A stretch of DNA of 64,000 nt. Origin: Octopus sinensis (Eukaryota). Under the pieces are notes generated by a model, which had not been told where the DNA came from, did no database searches, and saw only the letters and a list, made by a program, of their open reading frames with translations. Made by a program: the position numbers and the translations under genes. Positions 1 to 14,189 of the stretch are shown one piece after another (positions within the stretch are counted from its first letter, which is position 1; every line of letters begins with the position of its first letter). The stretch spans positions 133,362,001 through 133,426,000 of the forward strand of contig NC_042997.1 in assembly GCF_006345805.1 (NCBI RefSeq), given 5' to 3'.

Positions 1-842
1 GACATAAGTGAAATCAAAGACTCAGTGTGTGGCAACGCAACAGCAGGGGGAATAATAATGATTTCTAACATTGGCAAAAGGCCATTAATTTGGGGTAAGG
101 GAAAACAGTTGATTGAATCACCCCAGTACATGGCTTTAAATATCTGGAATATAATTTCCTTCGGCGCACCCATCCGTTCTGCCTTCAGCCACACAGAAAA
201 GAAATCGTTTGTAAGAGAGACATTTGGAACAACATTTCTTTCTTAAAAGGTATGTGAAGTATAGTCGATTAAATCGAAACCTGTACTCCTGTACTTGAAT
301 AGTATTTATATTATCATCTCCCGGAAAGATAAAAGATCATTTTTCGCACCCCGTCTGGGATTTGTACTGAAAACTTCAAGATATATTTTTTCCGATGTCT
401 TACCCACTCTGCGATTTGTATAAACAGATACCTTTGAGTACATCTCATGTGATATAGACAGTATTGAGGACATAGCCAATCTCAAGGGCAGTATTAATAT
501 GAGAGATAAAGAATGCTGTTTAGTTCACAACTAACAAGACTCAATGAAAATCTAATAAAAACTCAAATAGAGAGAAACAATAATTCACCTCCATCACAAC
601 ACTTGAGCTCAGGCATGATTGTACAATTAAAGGGTTTCGTTTTGGAGTTTGATCCCTCTGCGGGTTACATTATAGAGGTGTTTTCTGTCAGGTTCATCAA
701 AACCTTGTGCATAAAATTTTGGAAGATATAAACTGTGCGGAAGTTCATTGCAGTGGGATACCTCCGTTCTTGGATAGTAGTCTTTATAATTGCCCTGTTT
801 TACACTTATACCTGTTTTTTTAATATGTATGTATGTATATAT

Positions 843-918
<76 letters not shown>

Positions 919-1350
919 ATATACTTTTGATAGAGTTGACTCTGTTGGAAACATTTGGGCTAGATCTACATGCTGAGAATGAGTGCCTTCTTTTGTCCCA
1001 TCACTCTGTGATGAGACGAAACTGTGAAAGGGGGTCATTAGTGTTGTTCTTCTTTCTGATGAAGTCACTAAATTATCTAGATTACAATGATGACTGGGCC
1101 AATAACGAGTGCAAGCTCACAGAACAGTTGTAAACAGAATTGAAATCGCAACAAAGTAAAATCAAACCCGTTAAAAAGAAAACTTTGTAAAAATTAAGAA
1201 TATAACAAAACCAAAATGGCGTTCGGTGCTTCAGGCTCGCAAGTCTTCAAAAACGCATTTTTACGTGGTTAGAGATATATTGCTCAAAGCTAAACGTGTA
1301 CTGTTACGAATTGCGAAAAGAACAACGCGCCAATGAAGAAGAGTCTAGTC

Positions 1351-1516
1351 CAGTGGCCCCCAACCTCTGGTCCGCGAGTCCATGATAATCTGCAAAGATA
1401 GAACTTGGGGTCTGTGAACATGTTGAGTTGACAAACTTACCAATATCCTGGTGTCCGTGGGGAAACTCATTTAAATAAAAGGGGTCGTTGGTAGTGAAAA
1501 GGTTGGGAATCAGTTG
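1351..1516. mobile_element. Small hAT-type MITE remnant
   Basis: Left end CAGTGGCCCCCAACCT; right end AAGGTTGGGAATCAGTTG is an imperfect inverted copy resembling CAGTGGTTCCCAAC-type hAT TIRs. No clear TSD. Confidence 0.4.
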
Positions 1517-2324
1517 TTTTGTTGATAGCCTGACCTGCTAGAAATAACATGTAAATGTTGCTAAAATCACGTCCTACTGTTATACAAATCTTTCGGGTGG
1601 TCGTAGTTGGAACGCTTTCGATCATAGGGCTGCTCCGCCAGAATTAGCAATAACAACAAACTGAAAGAATGTTCAAAATACGGAAATGTAAGTCATAGAG
1701 AACTGAACAAGTCAATTATTAGCTTGTCATATTTTACTGATGCTGTGGATACGTTTGAGATGGTGGGTAGCTTATGAAATCTAATTCTTCACGGTAATGG
1801 AACAAAGATCACAAAGAAAAATGATATGTTGTATATTGACAAGTTTGATTTGACATGTGATCAATAGACCCCAAGAGATATTGAGATTAAAAGAAATATT
1901 CTCCTAGGAGATTTATTATCTCTTCCGTTTGTTAAAGCTTTGATCCTGTTGTCTTATATATTACGAAAGTGTAAACCAAGATACCTTATAAGCAAAAGTA
2001 ACAAAGACTTCAACAAGTTTAATGTTCATAATATCCTAATGTTCATAATGTTCAAAAGTGTGAAGGATCTAGCTTCTTTGATATAATCAATGAGTGTTTT
2101 CAACTTATATATGAGTGTGTTGTTTGTTATTAACAAGTGTGCTATACTAGACAGTAGTTCCTATCATGTCCGACTAAGTCCTGACTCTATTATGACCAAA
2201 ACCACAATTCAAAGAGCTACAGGAACAGACTTGACAATGGGAGAAATGCAGTTATGCTAAAGCGCTACACTGCATCCACATGTTAAGCAACAGCATGTCG
2301 GTATGCAAAGTATTGTACTCAGTT

Positions 2325-2643
2325 AGATGGTACTCCGTCGGTTGCAATGACGAAGGTTCCAGTTGATCCAATCATCGGAACAGCCTTTTGTGAAATTAAT
2401 GTGCAAGTGGTTGAGCACTTCTCAGACACGTGTACCCTTAAGTAGTTCTCAGGGAGATTCAACGTGACACAGGATGCGGCAAGGCTGGCCCTTTGAATTA
2501 CAGGTACAGCTGAATGAACGGGAGTAACATGAAATAAAGTAATAAAGTGACTTGCTCAAGGATACAATGCGCTGCCGGGAATCGAACTCACGGCCTTACG
2601 ATTGTGAGCCGATTACCCTAAGAACTAAGCCATGCACCTTCAC
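2325..2643 (-). mobile_element. tRNA-derived SINE, long family D type
   Basis: Minus-strand tRNA-like head (A box TGGCTTAGT..., B box GAGTTCGATTCCC); body matches copies at 39005, 40956, 49737 and 55950. Confidence 0.75.
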
Positions 2644-2916
2644 TCAGTTAGTGGGAGGCAGAACGTATCTGCCTTAGTCGATCTGAGTGTCACGCTTGGA
2701 TATTCGATATGCCTTGAGTCCGGGAATCGAACTCACGGCCTTGCGATCATGAGCTGATTACCCAAACCACTAAGCCACGCACCTTCACTCAGTGGGAGGC
2801 AGAGCGTATCTGCCTTAGTCGTTCTGAGTGTCACACTTGGATATTCGATATGCCTTGAGTCCGGGAATCGAACTCACGGCCTTATGATCGTGAGCTGATT
2901 ACCCAAACCACTAAGC
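2575..2916 (-). repeat. Tandem array (~2.4 x 141-145 bp) of SINE tRNA-like head plus ~80 nt
   Basis: CCGGGAATCGAACTCACGGCCTT recurs at 2575, 2720 and 2861 with near-identical intervening sequence. Confidence 0.9.
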
Positions 2917-3173
2917 TTGTTGTGGCTATATACCATCAGATTAGTTGTAATCGAGCAGATACATTATAAAACAAGTTTAAATGTGACTATCACAACTTTT
3001 GTTTTCCAGATTTTAATGACTATCAATATGATTCTAAATCTATATTCTTCAACTAGTATTATTCCTCCACTTTACACAGAAACCAAGTATGTTGAAACCA
3101 ATTTTTGGATTTCACTTGTATCTAGTTAGATGGCTACAGGAGTAAGAAAATTTGTAATTCATTGAATTTGCCG

Positions 3174-3432
3174 TGGAGACGCGTGGCTTAGTGGTTAGGG
3201 TGTCAGCATCACGATCGTAAGATTGTGGTTTCGATTCCTGAACCGGGCGACGCGTTGTCTTCTTGAGCAAAACACTTCATTTCACATTGTTCCAGTCCAC
3301 TCAGCTGGCAAAAATGAGTAACGCTGCGATGGACTGGCGTCCCGTCCAGCTGGGGAACACATACGCCATAGAAACCGGGAAACCGGGCCCATGAGCCTGG
3401 CTAGGCTTTAAAAGGGCACATTTATTATTATT
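3174..3432 (+). mobile_element. tRNA-derived SINE, family A
   Basis: A box GTGGCTTAGTGGTTAGG, B box GGTTTCGATTCC, (TTA)n tail; inverted copy at 16250-16510. Confidence 0.85.
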
Positions 3433-3839
3433 TTTTTGCGGGGGGGAATTTGCCCCATTTAGATTAATTAATTGTGTACCTTTACATTCCGAGTTCAAAT
3501 TCCGATGTAGTCATCATCGTCTTTCACTTTCTTAATCTATGAAAATGTAGGGTCTGTTAGACCAGGACGAATAGGATTTTTATAACGACGATGATGATAC
3601 TTTTATGTTTTAAGAAATATCCGAGGAATAATGTTAACGTTGTTGCCGTTGCTATTTAATGCTATTTTTAATTCTTGATCAAGAAAGATTAATGTCAAAG
3701 ACACTCTAACAATGACCACCCCATCTTCTAGTCAGGTAGAGCATCTCGAACTAATTTGTCCGATGTTTTCTGTTTTTAAAGATAATTACGTGGGATGTAT
3801 AAGAGAAGAGCGACGACTTCCCAAGTAGGTTGCAACTGC

Positions 3840-3869
3840 TGTTGTGGTTGATTATGCTGTTGTTGTTGT

Positions 3870-3900
<31 letters not shown>

Positions 3901-3909
3901 TGATGATGA

Positions 3910-3943
<34 letters not shown>

Positions 3944-4002
3944 GGTGGTGGTGGTGGTGGTGGTGGTGATGGTGGTGGTGATGATGACGATGACGATGAT
4001 TT
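3840..4002. repeat. Compound (GTT)/(GAT)n/(GGT)n trinucleotide microsatellite
   Basis: Directly visible; source of the poly-D/G/H/M ORFs. Confidence 0.95.
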
Positions 4003-4768
4003 TTCAGCCTCGTGCCAACCCTAACCGAGAAGTTCTGCGATAGAAAATATTCCATCCATTGTCGAGTCGCTTATTTTCTTCTAGAACCCTGCGCTTTGGT
4101 GACATTATTAAACAACGACAGACTGTGATTTGAGAGAGATTTTGCTGACATTCCTAACAGGCTGAGTACACAAAGTAGATGCTCCATTATCACCTCGAAG
4201 TGCCTTCTTGTACTTGATGGTCGGTTTAGCGATGTGGTTCTTATTGATTAGCAGATATATAATCGAAATTGTCCCAGTCTCAACGACACTTCCGTCGGCG
4301 TACCAGACAAAGTAACTCTGGGATTAATGCCCCTCATGTGCACTTTTTATTTAAAAGCAGTTTGGTGTTTCATTTGAGCAGTTGTGTAAAAGTACACCTC
4401 GTTCATTGATAAGATCATGAAGCTCAGTTAAGGGAAAGGGCAACATGCATGTGAGAAAAGGTACACCTCGTTAGGCATATGTGTGCGTATATGTCTATAT
4501 ATATACATATGCGTATGTGTATAAACACGTATATATGTATGCTTTATATATATATACATATATATATATAATTACATATGTATGTTTAAAATATATATAT
4601 ATATATATATCTTTTCATACATACATACATACACACATATATATGTGTTGGGTGTGTGAGTATTTTTTGTTTGTTTTAGCCATCAACCAAAGGGTATGTT
4701 GATTAATGCGTTTTTTTCTAGGTGACCAAGATGAAAAGAAATCTAATATATATATATATATATATATA

Positions 4769-4810
<42 letters not shown>

Positions 4811-5056
4811 TTTGCATATATATATATACATAACCAGACTCTATACACTTCCAGTGCAAGTGTATATTGGTTACTCTGCTATTTTAGAACTATTTCATAA
4901 ACAAACACCATGTATTATATACGTGTATGCATACACACATATGCACACACTCTGTGCTTGTATGCATGCTGTATTTATTTCATTTATCCATGTATATCTG
5001 TATATATGTATATACATGAATATCATGTGCATATGGTTGTGTGTGTGTGTGTGTGT

Positions 5057-5089
<33 letters not shown>

Positions 5090-5897
5090 CAAGGAAAGAT
5101 CTTTTAGGCGTTGCTGTTTCCTTAACATTGAAGAAGGAAACGAGGCAGAGTCGTTCAGGAACTGTCCCTGTCTATGTTTATTCACTGCAGGTGTCAGTCA
5201 ATCAGTCAAGGAAATTGACTGGTTGTGCTAAATAAATAAGCGAAAATCCCATGTGAAAATCCTACGAAATAAAGGATGCTGATGGGAATTGCAGCAACAG
5301 TACACCGAAAGAATGTACTTAAACACACACACACACAGACAAAAACATGCAGGCACACTAACGCATGAACGCATCGCCCTCTCCCTGCGAACATAGATCT
5401 ATATACGGACGAACGCATAAAAACATATTTTCTTCCCATCGAGAAACACAAATGCATCTGGACAATTCACTGAATGGTATTAAGCGTATAAATGAATTTC
5501 GGTCGCTGAGTTAAATTCTGAGATGTAGACACACCTGCCAAAATACTTTCTAATCCTGATAGACACAGATCTCCATTGAGATACATGAATGTGTGCGCGC
5601 GCGTATAAACACACATACGTACATGTGTGTAGGTGTATTAATGCATGTATGTCTGTATGTTTGTGTGTGTGTATGTATATTAGAGTATTGGGAAACTGCT
5701 TTGCAGGGTTAGTTCCGGTTCTTTACGTTTTGATTTCAAATCCCACCGAGGTCAGCTTTGCCTTTTATCCTCTCATGGTCGGTGAAATAAGTACTAGATG
5801 AACTCAGAGGTTAATGTAATCGACTTCTTCATCCTCGAAAATTGCTGGCCTTGTGACAAAATTAAAAAGAATTGTTGTTAATATACCTTTCGCTTTT

Positions 5898-6282
5898 AAG
5901 GCAGCGAGCTGGACGAAATGCTCTGCGGTATTTCACCTGTCGTTACGTTCTGAGTTCAAATTCCGCCGAGGTCGACTTTGCCTTTCATCCTTTCGGGGTC
6001 GATTAAATAAGTACTAGTTACGCACTGGGGGTCGATATAATCGACTTATTCCGTTTGTCTGTCCTTGTTTGTCCTCTCTGTGTTTAGCCCCTTGTGGCTA
6101 GTAAAGAAATAGGTATTTGATCTGTCGTTACGTTCTGCGTTCAAATTCCGACGAAGTCAACTTTGCCTTTTATCTTTCGGAGTCGATACATTTAGCACCA
6201 GTGGAACACTGAGGTCGATGTAACCGACTAGTCCCCTAGCCACAAATTTCAGGCCTTGGGCCTATAGTAGAAAGGATTATTA
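5898..6282 (+). mobile_element. SINE family B (AGGCGGCGAGCTGGCAGAAACG type) with duplicated tail
   Basis: Shares GAGTTCAAATTCCGCCGAGGTCGACTTTGCCTTTCATCC with many copies in the window; a further degraded copy lies at ~5690-5875. Confidence 0.85.
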
Positions 6283-6439
6283 TACTTTTCGTTCGCTTAC
6301 CACTTCACTGTTGGGCTGCTGGTATTCGATTTCTAGATATCAAATTGGATTCGGTCACCTTAGATATCTAGCATCTATCTTGTAATTTTTGATGCACTAA
6401 ACAAACAGACATTCTGTAGAATGAGATACTCCATCTCGA

Positions 6440-6790
6440 TATCTAATATCTGACAGACTTCTTACAACTGTACCAAGGGTGTCTGTTATAATTAAGATAA
6501 TAACTTTCTCTGCAATTACGAGTTCTCTGACTTCTGCATTTAGGTCCAGCTCTTTTAGTATATTTTTTTCCTATTCTTTTTCTACCATTCTTGTATCAAG
6601 CAGGTTAGTCACGTCGATTAAGCAATACGCTCATTCCACTTCCGCAGTGAATGGTGATATTTGGGTTTAAATGCTCTATTTGCTTATCCATTTCTGTTTT
6701 CATATCTCATTGTGCCTTTACATGGTTTTCAGTAATGTGTTCTGTTTTATGGTCATAGCATTTTCCTATGTGTTTAAATCTAAGCATTTT
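6440..6790 (-). pseudogene. Degraded C-terminal REL (restriction-like) endonuclease region of an R4/Dong-like non-LTR element
   Basis: Manual translation across frameshifts: KCYDHKTEHITEN...QIEHLNPNITI...CLIDVTNLLDTRMVEKE*EK...IITDTLGTV, matching KWYEH-P-V-EN / RPDI / IDV-P-D-KE-EK / GALG. Confidence 0.6.
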
Positions 6791-7082
6791 GTACACGCAG
6801 TCGTTTCCTCTCTTTCATAACAATCAATTGCACCGGAGAAATCATCGTTCTCATCTCAAGCCTTGCGTTATACACACGGACCCGGGTTTCCCTTCGCAAA
6901 TACTAATCGGACGCAGACAGTGTGTCGTTAGCCAGCTGAAGGAGATGTCTTCCTGGGGTTATAAACAGCAGTAGCATCGTCCACTATGGGTCCGCAACAT
7001 TTAGGTGGCAAATATACTTCACGATTCCGTGCTGCTACTGTTTACACCTCGCTCAGAGATTTATTATTGCTTTTAAATATGT

Positions 7083-7135
<53 letters not shown>

Positions 7136-7329
7136 TGTGTTTTTGTGTGTGTGAAGGGCCCAGAGTTTCAAGCATTGCACTTATCACATGAGTAGTAGTG
7201 GAAATACATGGTTACTACGCTTGATAAATATAAATTTGGAACATTTAAATTTAAATGCATCCTAATTTGCATTACACAATCTTAACATGATTGAATCATT
7301 GATTTCACAAAATACGTGAAAATTATATA

Positions 7330-8620
7330 AATTAATAAAATGTGAACATTTAAATAGCTCGCTTTTAATAACCTTTTACTGATGGTTTGGCTTCTCTTAA
7401 GAAGTGTTGTTCTGTAACATAGCTTTTGTTATAATCGCGTCCAGCTTATTTCATACCTTGACCCATTGAACATTCATCAAGTGGGAAACATGCTCAACAG
7501 TAGTATTATGAGACGGTACGCTGAACAACAACTGGTTAAAACCTAGCAACAATGAGATTTGCTCTTTTAATTCATTTTGTTGAAGTACAGAATGTTCATG
7601 TGTAATTTCCTTTCCCACTCTTTATGATGAAATTGCATCTTTGTTCAACGAGTTTTGTTTTAAAGAATGGTTACTGACAAAAGAAAACATTGTCATCAAC
7701 TTTTACTCTCTTCTTATTTAACACTACACATGGTAATTGCACTTGTTACTATTTTAGAAGAGTGTTTTATAACAACAATGAATACCCTCAAATTCTTTAA
7801 TAAATTCCATAGAATACTGATGACAAATTCTTTAATAAATTCCATAAAACCGTGATGACAACTGTTTAATAATTATCCACTTCAATTTGAAATTTCATTT
7901 TTTGTTCTAACATAATGATGTCACTTTTAGGACAAGCCTTGACAGATGAATAAACGTTTTGCTAATTCCTTTCTTTTGCATTGTTAGCGAGTTTCTTTAA
8001 ACAATGAAGTGCCTCAATAAGGTTGTTTATATAATCCTGTTGATAAAACTTTATTGAAAACAGTGAGCAAGAAATAAGTAGGCTTTCCGCAACAGATTCT
8101 TAAAAAGAAAATGTCGGGATGTATTGCTGGGGAATTTTCTTCAAAATTAATGTAGGATTTCAGTGCTATTAAAGTAAAGATTCCTTCCATTGCATTGAAT
8201 AAAGAAATACAACTGATTGTAGAATGTGAGACAACTTAAGAATGTTGAATTTCAGAAAAATCACAATAATCCTTCTATCTTTCAGTTTAAATAATATAAA
8301 TACTGACATAAGAAAAAAAATTTCATGAGATCTCTTCAACACGGATAGAAAAAAAAATACATCAGCTTCGGTTTGAGTAGGATTGTGAAGAACATTAGTT
8401 ATATTTTGTTTCAATTTTGAATGGACTTTATTCAAAACATTGCACAAACGTCAACCAAAGTTAGCATCTGTGTCCAATCTGCCAAAAGCTGAATAAGTTC
8501 CTGTGTCAACTTTTAACTCAGTGTTTCTGCGCTGTAATTTATGAGGGTCACAACTGAAATCATTTTATCACTTAAACAATTTCCTGTGGAAACTGTGTGT
8601 ATAAACGGAACGTTTTTTTC
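7330..8620 (-). pseudogene. hAT-superfamily transposase remnant
   Basis: Across stops and frameshifts: VLHNPTQTEAD...SIY..TER*KDYCDFSEIQHS*VVSHS..SLFNA...LKSY, and C-terminal dimerization-like LFSVPSHNTTVEHVSHLMNVQW...NKL...KAMLQ. Confidence 0.7.
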
Positions 8621-8678
8621 TACTTTGTGGTTACTTGCATTTCATAAATACGGGGCATTTCGCAACCGTTTACACACA

Positions 8679-8736
<58 letters not shown>

Positions 8737-8884
8737 AGAGAGATAGAAGTAGATTAAGTTGAAACGTATAGGTTTTAAAGATATAAGTTTAAACATCTTT
8801 ATATATCTTGACCAGTTTCTTCGGGGAAGTCTTTTTGGGTATTTCTACTTAGCGGAGTAAATAAAGATTTCTCAATCTGCTGAA

Positions 8885-9086
8885 TTTATATATATATATA
8901 CATATATATACATATATATATATATATATTATATATATATATATATAATATATATATATATATACAAATATATATATATATGTATATATATATGTATATA
9001 TATATATGTATATAATATATGTATATAATATATGTATATATGTATATATATATATATATATATCATATTATATATATATATATATA

Positions 9087-9141
<55 letters not shown>

Positions 9142-9145
9142 AAAA
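8885..9145. repeat. Long (TA)n-rich microsatellite
   Basis: Directly visible; one of many TA, CA, TACA and TATC arrays (for example 823-922, 10120-10340, 11790-12070, 31950-32185, 49990-50325, 61195-61435). Confidence 0.95.
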
Positions 9146-9605
9146 CATATATATAAAAATACACAATGGGACAAGAACGCAAAACACTCAAAGAGACGAC
9201 CGAAGAACGGACGGGTCATTCGAAGCCTCTAATCTTCAGTCAAGAACCGGATCATCCTCGCAATTTCGGCTGATTATATATATATATATATATATATAAT
9301 ACAAATTAGAGATAAAACCACTATTATGCAACTGAAACAGTGACAAACATAAACCAAAACATGAAGTACAAATAATATATATTTTTATAAAACATATAAC
9401 TAGATCTCAAAAAGTATAAAAATGAATTATTAATTTATATTTTATATATTTCTATTGTGAAATTAGATCTAAAACTAAATTGAATTTTTCCCTGTAAGAT
9501 TGATGTTATACTCCCTAATATTATTATTAATATTATATACATACATACATACGTATGTGTGTGTGTGTGTGCGTGCATGCGTGCGTGCGTGTGTGTGTGT
9601 GTGTT

Positions 9606-9650
<45 letters not shown>

Positions 9651-10145
9651 CTATAATATGTGACAATTATTCGGTACCCATTATAAAACTCCGAGTTTCG
9701 GATGTCGGGGCGCAAACCCACTCTTCAGTTATCGGGCCATCGAAAAAATGCTATGATAGCATTTTTTCTCTATTTACATAATATCTCTATTTTCTCTATT
9801 TACATAATATCAAGGTCTCTTTCATTCTTTTGTTGTCTTGCTATTTCTATCAATAAATATATATATATATATATATATTCATATACACTTAAAGGTTTCA
9901 TTGAACAAAGCATTGATTTATATATATGCTTAGCCTTCATCAGACTCTCCGATGAAAACTAAGCAAGCCACAACTTCAAAGTCACTGTCAACACAATCCT
10001 TCGAAAAGAATAATATGTACTTCACACATAAATAGTATTGAGTAAGTCTCCAACTTAAAAGAAAATTGTTTTAAAAATGATTTAGCATGAAAATAAACAT
10101 TTATCTGTACGTATACACACACACATACACACATATATATATATA

Positions 10146-10178
<33 letters not shown>

Positions 10179-10216
10179 ATATAATATATATACATATATA
10201 TATACATATCTATATG

Positions 10217-10249
<33 letters not shown>

Positions 10250-11423
10250 GTTATATATAATACATATATATATATACATATATATACATACATATATACA
10301 TACATACATACATACATTATATATATATATATATATATGATCCAGTTTGCGCTATATGCAACAAACATATATCAAATTCTACACACTTCAAACAAAAGAG
10401 TGTTTACAGTACTTTTGCATTTGTAATAATATACGTATTATATATATATATATATTATATATATATATACATACAAATATATATGCACGCACAAACGCTC
10501 GCACATACACGCTCACACACACATATAAAAATATAGTTATATAGATATAGTTATATATACACACCTATATATATATAACTAAATATGTATGAATGTATTT
10601 TTCTAAACGTATTGCACTCACACACATACACACACACGCACATATATATATATATATATATAATATATATATATATATTTATACACGCATGTCTACTCAC
10701 ACGCGCGCGCACACATCCAGTCAGTTGGGTACGGTAGAATTCAACGAATCAATGGATGTGCGGCGAATGAGTTCACGTTTGAGAGGTAACGCAAACGATC
10801 AAGGAGAAAGCTCGGCTCGCGCTATGTAGGTTTATGCTAAATTTCCTTCAGAAACAGTTCAGCGAAACTGAAAACTATTACCGGTTATGATGGAAGGGAA
10901 CTTGTAAAGGAGTCACTGAACCAAATCACCCTTAAATCACACCTTGCCAGTTTAAATAAAGAATGATATATTAGACGATGTAGTTATTCTGGTAGAAGAA
11001 AGTAAAAAAAAAAAAAAAAAAAAAAAAAGAGAAGAATGTAAGCATACACAACATGTGATACGCTTGATTTGCTTTGCTTTGACCAAAGGACTGCTTGATC
11101 AAGGTTGATCTGGGAATATACAACTGCAGCAACAATAGCGACGACGATGACGAAAGCCATGACGACGACAACAGCTGCAACAACAACAATAGTAACGACA
11201 GTGATGGCGGCGATAACGATGACAAACAACGGTAAGAACTGGTTACGGTCCCTTCAGTTCATTTCTCACATTTAATTCAGGTTTTTCAATTTCTAGATTA
11301 GCTACCGTTTCTTTGATGTTTCCGTCTCCTTGCTTTGACATTTGGGGTCAGAAGAGAATGATATATATATATATATATATATATATTACATACAGAGACA
11401 GACACACAGACACACTGACACAC

Positions 11424-11496
<73 letters not shown>

Positions 11497-11555
11497 CACA
11501 TGCGTACATACTTGTACGTATATATATATATATATATGTGTGTGTATATACATAC

Positions 11556-11720
11556 AGGCGCAGGAGTGGCTGTGTGGTAAGTAGCTTGCTTACCAACCAC
11601 ATGGTTCCGAGTTCAGTACCACTACGTGGCACCTTGGGCGAGTGGCTTCTACTATAGCCTCGGGCCGACCAAAGCCTTGCGAGTGGATTTTGGAAGATGG
11701 AAACTGAAAGAACCCGTCGT
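11556..11720 (+). mobile_element. tRNA-derived SINE family C, 5' part
   Basis: AGGCGCAGGAGTGGCTGTGTGGTAAG head with B box GAGTTCAGTACC; same family at 12909, 31754, 55599 and 59031. Confidence 0.85.
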
Positions 11721-12111
11721 ATATATGTATATATATATATGTATATTTAAATTTTATATGATGAGAGGTAGGGGACCTACTATCTCTAAATTAAAATATA
11801 TATATATATGATATATATATATATATATAGTATATATATATATATATATATCATATATATATATATATATATCTTATAATATATATATATATATGTGTGT
11901 GATGTGTGTGTGGTGGGTGTATTATGTATATATATATAGTATATATATAGATATATATATATATATATACAGAGAGAGAGATACATATATATGATGTATG
12001 TATATATATATGTACATCGAGAGAGAGTGAGATAGATAGATAGATAGATAGATACATACATACATACAATTATACATACGTACAAAAATATGTGTGTTGT
12101 ATATATATATA

Positions 12112-12414
12112 TATTATATTATATAAAAGGGCTTAGTAAAATAAATTACTTTGCCGCATACTGAACTCATTAGAAATAGCAGCTAAAAAACTTTTTAAGG
12201 CTATTTCTAATACTTAAAGAAAATCTCTCTCATATATGTGTTTGCTTAATTCAACTCACAAAACTTTTTGAGTTGAATTAAGCAAACACTATATATGAGA
12301 GAGATTTTCTTTAAGTATTAGAAATAGCCTAAAAAAGTTTTTTAGCTGCTATTTCTAATGAGTTCGTATGCGGCAAAGTAATTTATTTACTAAGCCCTTT
12401 TATATAATGTAATA
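12112..12414. repeat. Near-perfect palindrome (~146-bp arms, ~10-nt loop) next to a (TA)n array
   Basis: 12112-12258 is the reverse complement of 12269-12414 except for a few 1-nt indels or substitutions. Confidence 0.95.
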
Positions 12415-12501
12415 ATTTGAATTCGCCTTGAATGGTCCCTTTGCATACTGAACACTTGGTGAAATGATTAATAATTAATTATTTTACCCTCAAATGTTGA
12501 A

Positions 12502-12544
<43 letters not shown>

Positions 12545-12643
12545 GAGAGAGAGAGGAGAGAGAGAGAGAGAGCTATGAATGTGTGCCAATATCTTTGTTT
12601 TGATTTTTGTTATCTGCGTTCAGTAACGTTACCAAATAAAGTT

Positions 12644-12687
<44 letters not shown>

Positions 12688-12908
12688 TCTCTACCAAAGG
12701 TACAAAGCATTGTCCTCGGAATGTACATGATAAAATCAAAATCACATTTTCAACTTGAGAAATGTCTTGCACATTTATACTGTTCTGCTTACAGATTATA
12801 TTTGTGCAAATTTGCTTGTTAATTTCTTTTTCTTAAAACCTTAGCTTTTCAAAATTTTCGTTTAGGCATATACTAATATGTATGTATGTATACTCTTAAT
12901 CTTTTTTA

Positions 12909-13297
12909 CTCTTTTTACTTGTTTCAGTCATTTGATTGCGGCCATGCTAGAGCACCACTTTTAATTAAGCAAGTCGACCCCATGACTTATTCTTTGTAAG
13001 CCTAGTACTTATTCTATCGGTCTCTTATGCCGAACCACTAAGTTACCGGGACGTAAACACACCAGCAGCGGTTGTCAAGCGATGGTGGGGGAGGACGAAC
13101 ACAGACACACATACATATATATATACATATATACGACGAGCTTCTTTCAGTTTCCGTCTACCAAATCCACTCACATGGCTTTGGTCGGCCCGAGGCTATA
13201 GTAGAGGACACTTGCCCAAGGTGCCACACAGTGGGACTGATCGTGGAACCATGTCGTTGGTAAGCAAGCTACTTACCACACAGCCACTCCTGCGCCT
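12909..13297 (-). mobile_element. SINE family C, full length
   Basis: Head TGCGCCT at 13297, internal microsatellite, 3' end ...CAAGTAAAAAGAG. Confidence 0.9.
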
Positions 13298-14151
13298 ATG
13301 TATGCATATATATACGCATGTATGTATGTATGTATGTATGTATGTATGTATGTATGTATGTATCTATGTATGTATGTATGTGTGGGTTTGTGTGCGTGTG
13401 TGTGTAAGTAGGTAGATGGTTACGCACATAGGTATACTTCTCCAACCCCTTTGTCACAGTTGTTGTCTAACAGCCGGTCAGTGCTGTCTGAAAAGAACAA
13501 TTATCAAAGGCGTTCCAGCCTTGACTGTCCCATCCGTTTCACCAGACATTACGTATCTAGAACTAACTTCTTCCTGCTCATTACTCACTCTTCAAAAGCA
13601 GTAGGGATGTTATTCGAGGGAGATTTCGCTGCTATTTTAAGCAAGTCAACAAAACAACCGTGATGTGACTCCCGATGTCATAATTTGATAATGCTGCTAT
13701 GCTACATAATTATCTACCTGGCTGTTTCTGAACACCTTTACATTTTCTTATTTTTTTATAGAAGGAAGGAAGATATTGAATCATATAATATTTCTTCTTC
13801 GTCATCTCCTTTGTGTTGTGATGTCTTCTGCTCCTCCGCACTGAAACGTGTATGTGCGTATATGGTATATATGTGTATGTATGTGTGTGCCTACATGTGT
13901 GCATATGTCTGTGTGCCGATGTATGTGTACGTTTCTATGTCTGAAGTATGTATGTATGTATGTATGTATGTATTTAAATATATGTATGCAAATATATGTT
14001 TGTGTGTAGGTGTGTGTGCGCGTATGTGTATGTGCGTGTGGGCGTGGGCGTATGTGTTTGTGTATATATTATGTACTAATTTACGCACACATGCGTATAT
14101 GTGTACATACGCACTCACATATACAGCCAGACATAGATGTATGTGTGTGTT

Positions 14152-14182
<31 letters not shown>

Positions 14183-14189
14183 GCGCGAC

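Noticed and set aside
2575-2916. Repeat-spacer appearance (also 14190-14440 and 52791-53254) as CRISPR
   Set aside because: The units are full tandem copies with no unique spacers, the context is eukaryotic, and there are no cas genes.
3174-3250. tRNA-like sequences with A and B boxes here and at other SINE heads
   Set aside because: They continue into SINE bodies and lack a complete cloverleaf, so they are not tRNA genes.
9165-9275. 110-bp insert in (TA)n with GAAA and CTGAAGA on the minus strand (possible type II hammerhead)
   Set aside because: The stems do not close properly and the cleavage position would be G; probably a PLE-like terminal fragment, but not supportable.
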